Positions 46,239 through 57,383 of a DNA stretch of 64,000 nt are shown piece by piece; the first letter of the stretch is position 1; the number at the start of each line of letters is the position of its first letter. This DNA is from Podospora anserina (taxonomy: Eukaryota). The notes beneath the pieces were generated by a model, which made no database searches, was not told the DNA's origin, and saw only the letters and a list, made by a program, of their open reading frames with translations. The translations under genes and the position numbers were made by a program. The stretch is taken from the NCBI GenBank assembly GCA_017654855.1, contig CM030333.1, positions 2,604,001 to 2,668,000 of the forward strand, given 5' to 3'.

Positions 46239-47067
46239 CTAGCTTTTCAAGAAGTCACAAAATTTCGTCGCTTCTGTTCGTGTGATCCTCGAGGTCAACA
46301 AAATGCCCCGAAAGAGGACGGCACCGGTAGTCGTTGTAATAGTTCTCAAGCAACCACAATCCCGCTCCCTCCGGATTCTCCAGCCATGACCGCGGCACCA
46401 TCGGTCATACGTTCGAAATATGGCTTCCTGAAAATTGATTACAACGGCAGTACCGTCTTTTTTGATGGGAACGCCGTGGGGCTGAAGTTCACGATGGTCG
46501 ATTTGACACCACCACCAGAGCTCGTTGTATGCGTCTATCACGCAGTCCGGTTCTATACCATCATCCGCTTTTCGGCACTCCATATCCCAACTGACTGGAT
46601 AGTACGCGCTGTCATAGATCTTGGCGATATATTCTTGGGGCGTTTCCTCGCCCGGAAGCTGGACGCTGCCGGCAACTACGATGGGCCCATTGTACTCATC
46701 ATCGTCGAGGGGAAGATGGGGATTTCGGCGTTGAAGACTGGGAAGGTCTGCATAAGAGTAGTCCTCTTCGTAGTCCTCTTCGTAAGGCCAGTCCTTGGGA
46801 CCCAGGATCGTCTTGGTAATCGTGAACACCAACTCCTCGCTACCAGGAGGACACGTCTCGAGTGGGTGATTTTCCGCAGCAAATTGTAGTTGAGCCCCTC
46901 TCGTGTGAGGAAAGTTGCGACCGTAGTTGTTCACCTCCCTGGCCCATTTTCCACAGTAGGCATACCCATACGCCTCTCCAAACGGACTTGGAAGTACATG
47001 TGAATTGATGCGAAGAGTCGTGCCGTTTGGTGTAAGGGTGTTCTTCTGGATCCTGCTTTTGCTCCAT
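46239..47067 (-). pseudogene. Kinase-like family paralogue B, frameshifted, internally deleted and 3'-truncated
   Basis: HPY start, frameshift near 47025, FTITKTILGPK, LPLDDDEYNGP, YIAKIYD; PDC is fused directly to VIDAYNELWWWC. Confidence 0.8.
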
Positions 47068-47647
47068 GTTGAATTTCTTGTTAAGGCTCAGATGGTGATA
47101 GATTAAGGGGAATAAAGCTGGGGTGTACGCAGCAGGGAGCAAAGGAAAAAACACAGCTGCAGGTACCTGGCTGAAGCCACGAACACCTCAAAACTCTAAA
47201 CCTCCATTCAAATCCCCTCTGGAATCTTTGATGGCGTATGGCTGCAGAGTGGCTTCGACTGGACTCCGCAGTTTTACTTACCCATCACACAGCGTAATCG
47301 AGGGCAAATGCATTCGTGGTAGTCGCGCGAGCAGCCGGAGCTTAAAATGAGTCAAGACCGTGACGACATGCTTCGATAACCAGGCTGCCGAGTAGCCTTG
47401 TGAAGGTCACTGGTTCGAGGGGCCCATGAGTGCGAGGTGTGGCATCGACACATGGAACTGATCTTCTTCGTGAGCAAGCGAGGCAGCAGCGCAAGCAAAC
47501 CAAAGTGTCTGGTGAAAATTTAAAATCGGGGTTTGAAAGTTAATTCAAAAGGAGGCTTCCCTAGAATCAAAGTTTCGGTTAAGTAAAATGGCAACGCCTC
47601 CCGCTCCTTGAGAGCGGCATCCTGACTCGGCCTTTTTTCAACGCCTT

Positions 47648-49212
47648 TCAGATGCGGCGTCCTGAGATGATAGCTTGACGGTCGGAAAGAAAGCCGGAAG
47701 GAAACAAAGTTCTATTGGGTCTTGCCGGGAAGTCTCGGGTATACATGAGTCTCTCAGTCACCAAAATTCTCTTCATCATTTTTCTCTCTTTGTTCAAGCT
47801 AACACACTTGCTATCTAATTCCCCAGCGAGTCGAAGAGCCTCATGCTCCACCTCTGACTTACGGCCTAACTGCTCAAGCAGTTGCAGTAGTTGTAAAGCC
47901 AGTTCCTTAAAGTATTCATCATCAAGGAATGATTCGTCCAAAGGGCTGAACCGGGAGTGATTCTGGTAGGTTCCCAACAACCAGATCCCTGTCTCCTCTG
48001 GATTTTTCAACCAGGACTCCGGATCCCACTCCTCCCATGGACCTCTTTCCGTATCCTCGGGATGTTCTGCCTCCACAAGCTTCCACGATGGTACGCCGTA
48101 GGAATCAGCTTCAAAGGGCCAATGCCGCCACGCAGGCGAAATGTGCTCGCCCATGGCTTTGAGCTCGTCTTCTGAAAGGTCGGGGTGCACCGTACGAGGA
48201 TGCCGAAGTAATTTCATATCTCCAATGAACGAATGGAGAATTGTTCGGTTGAGCTTAATGATTTTAGCAGTGCCGTCCTTGCATACCAACACATCGTATG
48301 GGCGCAACTAATAGCAATTGATCTCACACCACCACCAAAGTTCCTCATTTGCGTCGGTCACACTCTTGAGGGTGTTGAGCCTGTCGAATTCGGGAAGTAG
48401 AGGAAGGCCTGCCTTGTGCTGTTTCGCCTCCCGGAGAAGCTTTGACATGGGTTTGGCGTCGGCTTTCTCCAACAGGACCATTCGGACCCATCGATGCCCC
48501 GCTGGTCCAGGTAGAGCAAAGGTCCATGAGCCATGGAACCCGAGCGTAGCTCGGCCGGGTCCTAGCTGTGGCGACTTCCGAACCAGTTGGTATGCCGCGG
48601 CCTCAGCGGCATAGTCGAAATCGGCCCGAGTTGCGCAGTCTGGAGCGACTCCATCATCTGGGTATCTTACCGCTCTCCAAACTTCAGCCTCAAGGCTAAC
48701 CGGGTAGTAAGCCCCATCATAAATCCTGGCAGCATACTTTCGTAGTGCTTGATCACCACGAAGTTGAACCTTTCCGACAACCACAACCGCACCGTTGTAC
48801 GGCTCGTCACCCAGTGGCAGATGTCGATCCTTTCTCCTAAGCTCGGGGAGTTCCTCAGGGTAGTAACGGCCCCCGGATGACGTAGTCTGGGTCATATTTG
48901 AGACGGCCATCACTTTCTTCGTCTAAAAGCGCTGGGCGGTGGTGATGGCGATCGTCGAAAGACTGTTGTTTGGGGCTAGTGACAGTTTTTTGTAATCGTG
49001 AACTCAAAAGCCCCAGAGCCTAGCGGAACAGTTGTCAAGACATACGATATTTGAGCGTCGAGGTGAGAAGGAAAATCAGCATCCCCTTGGTAGTTGTTCC
49101 ATTCCCGGGGCGATTCCCCGTAGAAGAACCCGTGCTGGAATCCAAATGGCTGCGGAGGTTCGTGTGTTCTGATAGAAAGGACGTTGCCCTCCCTGTATGG
49201 GTGCATCTCCAT
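47648..49212 (-). pseudogene. Kinase-like family paralogue C, near full length, with two frameshifts and one stop
   Basis: MEMHPYREG..THEPPQPFG, FEFTITK; +1 shifts near 48986-48991 (A6) and about 48872 (G run); AARIYD, ADFDYAAEAAAY, FHGSW, ELWWWC; TAG at 48308-48310, after which the frame continues. Confidence 0.82.
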
Positions 49213-50368
49213 TGTTGTCTGAGATTGGCTGAATAAAACAATGGGGATCGAGACGCCTATGCGCGGACTGAATGTTGCTGGACATTGACTTGAATTTGCT
49301 TGGTGAGCCCTGCGAGAATCGAGTAATAACCCGAGTCTGAGCCAGCAAGAAGAGGGACCAGAGAATAGCAGTTCCTGTTGGAGTGGACAATTAAATAAGG
49401 TTGATTGATTTTGAAGTAGCTTTCGGTAGGAGCTAAGATTTTAAGCTTTAAACACCCTTCAGCCAACCAAGCACATCAGAGAAAAAAGAAATGGAGGCTG
49501 CTCTTTTGGTTAAGGGCTTTGAACTAAGATGTTCCTATTATCTTTTGGGCCCTTGCTTCAAGTTACAGTCTATTTATTTTGTCCATGACCACATGCCAAG
49601 GACCTGAGAAACTGCTTGACCATCGAGTGTGAATCTTTTTTTCAACTGAACATCAGAGGGAACTCCCACAATAACATTTGTTTCAAGACAGCTGATTTTG
49701 AGCTCAAAACGGCCGACAGAAACGGTGCAGCACACCGACCGTTATCTCAAGTAACTCTTACACAACATCCGACTGCGGTGAAGGTACTAGAAGACACAAA
49801 TCCTGCCTCTCCCACATGGGAGCCACCTCTGGCTGCATGTACACGCTGTCCTGCATATAGGATTGGTCCATCTTGCACCATCCATCAGCACACAAACGTT
49901 GCCGTGTCACCTGCCCTTTGAGCTTGCCGAACCCATATCCGCTTCGTATTTACAGGCTACCCAAACATCCAGACGTTAATGTACACTATCACACCCTCAT
50001 CGGAAATCGTCACCCATTCGTAACCTGTTTCTGGAGAACAATCCCGAGCGCCTGAGCCCCAGACCATTCCACGCTATCAAACATCTAACAAATTGACTTC
50101 CTGGGTAATAACCTCCTGATGCAATACGCCCCCCCGCCCACTTTTAGGAAGCCTCCCTTTATGACATTTGCTTTTTAATACAGTACACGGCGGCCCATGA
50201 TCAACTCCCCCAGGCCATTACAAACAACAATAAATCAAAAAATGTGTTCATGGTATATGTTCCGGTAGTCCTTTCGTATCGACGACCTCGCTGAGATCAT
50301 GACATCGTGGCTACCTAACTTCATTCATATGGGAAAAAACAGAAGCACAAGCGTGCTATCCGCTATTT

Positions 50369-52086
50369 TTAACCCATGATCATCCCCTTCATGCCGGACA
50401 GATCACCCTCCTTGGCAGCGATCTCGAAGTACCCATAAATGATGCTGGATACACAGGTTAGCATGATGTACAACTTGAAGAGTGAAGATGTGGGTAAACT
50501 TACGTAACAGCAAGAAGAGTTCCGGTACCGGAGCCGAGCGCACCCATGAGGTCACTGGCAACAGAGAGAGCACCAATGCAGGCGCCACCGAAGGCAGCGG
50601 CAGTAGGGATAATGCGCTTGAGCTCCTTGTACATGCTCTGCTCACGGTGGCCAGCCATAACGAGACCCTGGTCCTTGAGTTGCTTGGCAACATCGCGGGG
50701 GCTGGAGCCAGAAACCTCAATCCAGGTCTTGGAGAAGACGGCGCAGGCGGTGAGCATGTAGGCAATGTAGACGAAGGTGTGGATGGGGTCAAGCATGGCG
50801 TCCTTGAAGTTGAGGGGAGGAGACATGTAGTAGACGAGACCGGAGATGGCGGAGAGCTGCGAAGAGCCGTCCTTGGCCTCCCAGACACCGAAAAGACGGA
50901 CCAGAAGGTTCTCGGAGAAGCGAGAGTAGAGCATCTGGCTGATCAGGAAGATGTTGGAGGAGAGGGCGGACTGAAGCATGATGGGCATGTTTGAGGTGTA
51001 GAACAGGCGGATGGGGTACGAGCCACGAGCACCACGCTGGCGGGACGACTTGACAGGGATCTCGACGCGGAAGCCCTGGAGGTAGATGACAGCGGCGAAG
51101 ACGAGGAGGGTGGCGAGGAGGTTCATGATGTTGGGCAGGTTCTGTCTGTAGAAAGCCTCCTGGAGAGCTCTCTGCTTGTTGGGCCAGGTCATGAGGAGGT
51201 GGAAGAGAGCGATAACGGCACCCTCGTACTCGGGGCCACGGCCGGTGTTGATCGAGGTGGGGGAGAAAGCCTTCCACATGATGGACTCGCAGATGTTGGT
51301 GGCAATGAAGAGCGAGATACCGCTGCCAAGACCATAGCCCTTCTGGAGGAGCTCATCGAGGAGAATGACGATCATACCAGCAAGAACCAGCTGAAGGATC
51401 AGGAGGAAGACAATACCGGCACCGAGATCGCTGGGAGGGCCGTAGAGACCGGTGAAGACGTAGACAGTGGCGGTACCAACGGAGAGAATGAGGGCGAAGA
51501 GCTTCTGGGCGGTCTGGTAGAGCTCACGGTCGGACTTGAGGTCGAGGTTGACATCGATCATGTGGGTGCCGGCAAGAAGCTGGAAGACCATGCCAGACGA
51601 GATAATGGGAGTGATACCCAATTCCATCAGTGTACCACGGTTACTCGCCATCATCATGCGCAGCCAGTATAGAGGATCGGATGTGTCTGACGAGACAATG
51701 CCGTAGAGGGGCATCTGGCTCATCACCAAGAAGATGAGCAGTGTCAAGCCGGTCCACATCAACTTTTGGTTGAAGGGAATCTTGGTCTCTGGCTGCTGAA
51801 CCTCGGGGAGGAACGGCACAAAGGGCTTGACCAGGTCGAGAAATCGTACTGCATGGCGAAGACTGGTCAGCGCAACTGTCACAAACGGGAGCTTCTCAGG
51901 TGGGAGCTGGCGATGCTAGAGGGCGGAATCGGCAAAAGGAGATGCCAATTGCAAAGGCGCAAAGCTCCAAAGAGGCGGGAGAGCTGTTGTTGGGCGAGGT
52001 TGATGGCCAGCGCGAAGCTGTCGTCATGACGCGCCAGGGAAGTGGGCAGACAGGTCAGGCCAGGTCAGGTACTCACAAGAACTCAT
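50369..52086 (-). CDS. SEC61: Protein translocon subunit Sec61 alpha
   Basis: Exons 52086-52077, 51848-50504, 50444-50369 give 476 aa. Motifs [34 protein letters not shown]. Confidence 0.98.
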
Positions 52087-52589
52087 GGTGGGCAGTGGGA
52101 TGTGGAAATAGAAAAAAATTAATTAGTAAACCATCCAGAAGAAAAGGAAGGGCGTCAGTGAGCGACAACGACTCTGGGGGATGGCGAGTGTCGTCGGCGC
52201 AATTGGGGGAAGAAAAAAAGGAAGAAGGTGATGCTCAGCTCTGGATATGGAGCAGAGGCGGCTGCGTAGAGATCTGGCTTCAAAAGTTATTCTGTGATGT
52301 GTCCAATTTCGAATGGATCCACACGTGACCCCTGACCACCCAAAACGCTGCGCACGTCCCCCTTTCCCTGTGCAGCGACCAGCCTGCGGCCAGCTCCGAC
52401 CAGACCAAGCTTTTTGCCAACGCCAAGGGTCCCCTTATCCAATTGACCGTTGGAGAGACATGGGGAGCCTCACATTCACTTCAAAGTGAACTTGGAGCTG
52501 GAAAAAGAGAATCTCATCAAAATTATGAGCTGGCTTACCTATCCATAGTTGGCTGGCCGCACACAACAACATCCCGTCCTACCTCCCAC

Positions 52590-54165
52590 ATGAAGTTCTT
52601 TCTGCAAACTCTGCGACTCTTCTCCACAGCATCCCGCGTGCAGATACCAGTATCAAAAGCACCACAAATCCCCATTATCAAGAGAATGAAGCCTCTCATT
52701 ATCATCTATGGGTCAACCGGCACCGGCAAGTCAGATGTAAGTGCATCTCATCTAGCCTTGGCGTTCGTTGTTGACCACTGTCCCATAATAGCTCGCCGTT
52801 GAGCTGGCCACCCGCTTCAACGGCGAGGTCATCAACGCCGATGCCATGCAAATGTACAAAGGCCTGCCCATCATCACCAACAAGATCACACTCAAAGAGC
52901 AGAAGGGGATTCCTCATCACTTACTTGGTAACATCGAACTGGGCGAAGATCCCTGGTTCGTGACCCGCTTCAAGCAGGAAGCCACTCGTATGATCTCTGA
53001 GATCCGTTCCCGAGACAAACTTCCCATCCTAGTTGGTGGCAGCTCCTACTACATCGATGGCCTCCTATTTGACCAGAGACTTGTGGAGAACCAAAAGACC
53101 TCCGAAGAGGGCTGGATCTCAAACCGCGAAAAACTGGCAGCGCAGCATCCCATCCTCAACAGCTCAGGCGAAGCTATGTGGGCCAAACTTCGCGAAGTAG
53201 ATCCTGCCATGGCCGACAAATGGCACCCGAATGACGTCCGCAAGATTCGAACCTCGCTTGAAATCTACTTTGCTACGGGCCGCACAGCATCAGAAATCTA
53301 TGCAGAACAGAAAACCAAGAAACGAGCCAGATCGCCATATCAGGACCCAAGTCTTGGTGATGTTCTCATCTTTTGGCTCTATGCCCATCGCGACCCCCTC
53401 AACACTCGTCTCGACAAACGAGTGGACAAAATGGTCAAGAACGGTCTGGTAGACGAAACTTCTGAAGTCTACGAGTACCTCCAATCTCGTCTAGCCACCG
53501 GGGAAACAGTCGATCGTTCCAAGGGAATCTGGCAGTCTATCGGATTTCGCCAGTTCGAGCCTTATCTCCAAGCCCGGAAGGAAAACCCGGATGATGAGGC
53601 CAATCTAGCAAAGTTGATGGCTGCCGGGATAGAGGATACCAAGACAGCGACCCGCCAGTATGCTAAGTACCAGCTAAGGTGGATGTCTACCAAGACCCTC
53701 ACTTCTCTCCAGGAAGAGAACCTGATGGACAAGCTCTATCTCCTTGATAGCTCCAATCTCGACACCTGGCACCAAGAAGTCTTGGAAAAGGGCGTTTACA
53801 TCGCCGAGAAGTTTCTTACCAGCAAGGAGTCGCTCCCTGCTCCTATCTCAATCTCAGAGGCCGCTCGTGAGGTGCTGGCCGAGGCGCTTGAGAGGAGTAA
53901 CCGAAAGGATACACCATGTCGAAAATACTGTGAGGTGTGCGAAAAGACTTTGCTGACCGAGGAACTATGGCAACAGCACATCAAGAGCACGAAACACAGC
54001 AAGGTGGTAAGAGCAAAGAGGAAGAGGGCGTTGATACCCGCCGACCGCGTTCCATCAAGGGCGCTTACGAAGGTTGATGATGATGATAGCAATTTGGAGC
54101 CAGAGACAAAAACACAGAAGATCGAGGACGAAAATCTACAAGAACAAAATTTGGAAGGCAAATAA
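52590..54165 (+). CDS. MOD5: tRNA dimethylallyl (isopentenyl) transferase
   Basis: P-loop GSTGTGKS; intron 52737-52791; motifs INADAMQMYKGLPIITNK, VGGSSYY, QSIGFRQF, TRQYAKYQ; C-terminal CxxC..H..H zinc finger. Confidence 0.95.
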
Positions 54166-54328
54166 AAATGAACTATCTACCACACATCTTTCGGGCCTCG
54201 AACCCATGCCGCAGACTTAGATGCGGGCCACACAACCAAACTTAATTTCAGGCTTTTGCAACCAATTCACCTTTGACTTCTCGACTTCTTTCCTCTCTCC
54301 TCAATCCAAATAGGTAAACTCAGCAACC

Positions 54329-54676
54329 ATGACCACCTCCAACCCACAACCTCACCCTTACAACCCCGGCACCACCCTCCACCTCCACACTCATGTCCTA
54401 CCCCGCCCTTTCGGCACCATACACGTCTGCTTCTACGGTGAGCCCAAAAAGGTCTACAACAAATACAACGGCTTCAACAACTTTCCCGGCTGCCGGGATC
54501 AGATATTGGATTTCGTACTGGATAACCGCCCCGTCAAAACCACCCCCATACCCCTCGACACCATCCCATTCACCATCACCAAAACCGTCATCGGCCCCAA
54601 GCCATTCGACCTTGACAACTACCGCCAGGAAGAAGAGGAAGAAAAAAGAGAGGGAAGTTCTTCAAAACAGTATTAG
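54329..54676 (+). pseudogene. Kinase-like family paralogue D, 5' fragment only, inverted relative to A-C
   Basis: HPYNPGTTLHLHTHVLPRPFG..FTITKTVIGPK matches the N-termini of A-C; it ends abruptly in an A-rich tract downstream of the convergent homoaconitase gene. Confidence 0.75.
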
Positions 54677-54981
54677 TGACAGTATAAAGAGAGTCAAAAA
54701 AAAAAAAAGACAAAACACAGAGGGCCAGGGCCCTGCTTACAAAAAAAAACTCAAACATATTGTTCATCAAAAATCTCAGTTTTCCATTCCATCGTCTGTC
54801 TGCTCATGAACCCCCAATTTTTGTATACCATAAATTTTGTGTAACCAAGCAAAAGAAAAATCCTCCAAAAGCCCACCCACCAACGCAGAAACAATGGTAT
54901 CACCTGCAAAGAAGAGGGCCATACATGCATGCTATATACAACCAAAAGCCAAACCCAGTCTTCTTTACAAGACCAGGTATC

Positions 54982-57383
54982 TCAAGCCTCAATCTGGCTC
55001 TTAACCCACTTCTCCAACCCTCCCCTCGCAATGATCTCCTGCACATTTGGTGGGAGCTCACCCACCTTCTGGCTCCACTGCTGGCCACCCTCACCCTCGG
55101 TGACAGTGACCTTGCTCCTCCTCACATCCCACACCAACTTCCAGCCCGTCCTCCGGGTAAGCACCTTGTTACCCTCACCATCAGCCTTGAAAGTCTCCCT
55201 CAACCTCTGCACCAGCCTCGGTACCTCAACGCCCATCAGCGCATTGTTGATGCTGTTCCTGCTAAAAATGTTACCAAAGCTGCCTGAGACCACAAGCGGA
55301 ATCTTCTTGGCCAGGATAGCAGTAGCAGCCTGCTCACGCGAGCTACCACAACCAAAGTTGAAACCAGAAACAAGGATATCACCCTCCTTGGCCACCTGGC
55401 CAAACTCCTTGTCGTAGTTCTCCATGCAGACCTCGGCCATCTTTTCGGTGGTGACGTTGTCTTGATAGGTGTACTTGCCGGGGTAGATACCATCAGTGTT
55501 GATGTTGTCGGCGTCGCAAAAGACAATCTCGCCCTCGATCTTCTCAGGGAAGCCAGGGAGGATCTCGGTGAGGGTCTCGGCCTCGGCAGCGGACTCAGCA
55601 GCAGCAGCCTCGTCACCAGAGAACTCCTTCTCAGCACTGGCAATCATGCTGTCGGCCTGAGCGATCAGCTTGTCGAGAGCCTCCTCAATGCTCATGGCCT
55701 TGTCCTGCACCACATCTCCGTTACCCTCGCCAATGATGACCTTCTCGACACCCTCTGGCTTCTGATACCAGCCTGGACCAGCAATCTTGCCCTTGAGGGC
55801 GCTGGCAGCAACGACTTCGGGGCTGGCAAGATAGGCCTTGGCATCGGTAGAACCCATTCTGCCCTTGAAGTTGCGGTTGCTGGCGCTGATACCGACCTCA
55901 CCGGGCTCGAGCAGACCAGTTCCGAGACCAATGCAAGGGCCACAGCCAGAGGGGAGGGGCTCGGCACCAGCGGCAAGGAGCACCTGCCAGTCACCCGCCT
56001 CCTCAGCAGCCGCTTGCTCCAGCGTAGAAGCAGCAGCAATGTAGAACTTGACACCCTCAGCAACCTTGGGAATAACGCCGTCCTTGGCGACTTCCCTGAA
56101 GACATTAGCGGCGGCGGCGATATCAGAGGCACGGGAGTTGGTGCAAGAAACGAGGTAGGCCTTGTTCAGCTTGATATCCTGGGCCTCGAGGTCCTTAAGT
56201 GGGGTAGCAACCTTGACGGAGTTGGGGCCAGCAACAAATGGCGAGAGAGTAGACAGGTTGAGATAGAGTGACTTGGCATAGGTGGCACCAGGGTCGGCTC
56301 TGAGCTGGTTGTTGATCAAATCGTCAATCTTCTCGTGTGTGAACTTGCCCTTGGCGGCCTCGGGGTTGAACATGGCCGCCGTCGTCGCCTTGGCTCTGAG
56401 CCATTGCTGCAAGACAGAGTCGATAGGGAACAGTCCACTGAGAGCACCCCACTCGGTGGTCATGTTGGCGATAGCCAGACGGTCATCGATGGAAAGGCTA
56501 CGCATGGTCTCCTCAGAGCCGGTAAACTCGATGGCGTGGTTGAGAACGTCGTCATTGTTGAACAGACCGCAAAGAGCGACGATCACATCTTTGCCAGTTA
56601 CTCCAGGTGGGAGAATGCCAGTGAGGGTAACCTTGGCAATTGGGGGAATCTGCCACCAGGTTCGCCCTGTAGCCCAGATGCTGGCAGCATCGGTGCGCAC
56701 CATGGGTGTACCCAGGCAGCCCACACCACCATACATGTTGCTGTGGGAGTCCGAGGCAACAGTGACGGTTCCTGGCCACGCATAGCCCTCCTCCACCATG
56801 ATCTGGTGACCAATACCCCGACCAGCAGGATAAAAGTCAACGCCGTGCTTGCCAGCAAACTCCTCGATCTGACGATACTTTTTCAAGTTGGCCTCGCTCT
56901 TGTTCTGGACGTCGTGATCCAGCGTCATAACGACCTGCCTGTTGTCATGAATCTTGGAGGCGCCGATGGACATGAACTTCATGGCGACTGGCCATGAGTT
57001 ATCGTGCGTCATGCAGTGGTGTGGTGCGAGGGTCACATAGTCGCCAGACTTGACCGTCTTGCCTGGCGCAAGGCCCACCGAGTATCTCTGGACGATCTTT
57101 TCGGTCAATGTTTGTGGTGTTTGGGTGGCAGACTTGGCGGAGGGAAGAGGGGCAGCGTTCTCGAGCTGGGAGTGGAAGGCTTCTTGACGAAGGCGTGGTG
57201 TTGTGGAATAGGCGGCGGTGCGCACTCGAGGAATCGACAATGGTCGCTGACTCCTCGCTGACAGGAGGACCTGGCGGCCACCCCGGCTTGCGGCCAGAGC
57301 TAGACTTCTTCTCTGGTGGATGGTTAGCCAATGAGTCCCAAACGAGCTTGTTGTTCATTGCGACATACCACAGGCGCAAACAT
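54982..57383 (-). CDS. LYS4: Mitochondrial homoaconitase (alpha-aminoadipate lysine pathway)
   Basis: Exon 57383-57369, intron 57368-57313, exon 57312-54982. Motifs [48 protein letters not shown]; Arg/Ser-rich presequence. Confidence 0.96.

Noticed and set aside
46059-46889. 276-aa plus-strand ORF next to the transposon
   Set aside because: Antisense to paralogue B; the family motifs are on the minus strand.
52319-52360. CACGTG/CACGTC cores in the SEC61-MOD5 divergent promoter as UPR elements
   Set aside because: Short motifs expected by chance; cannot be assigned without conservation data.
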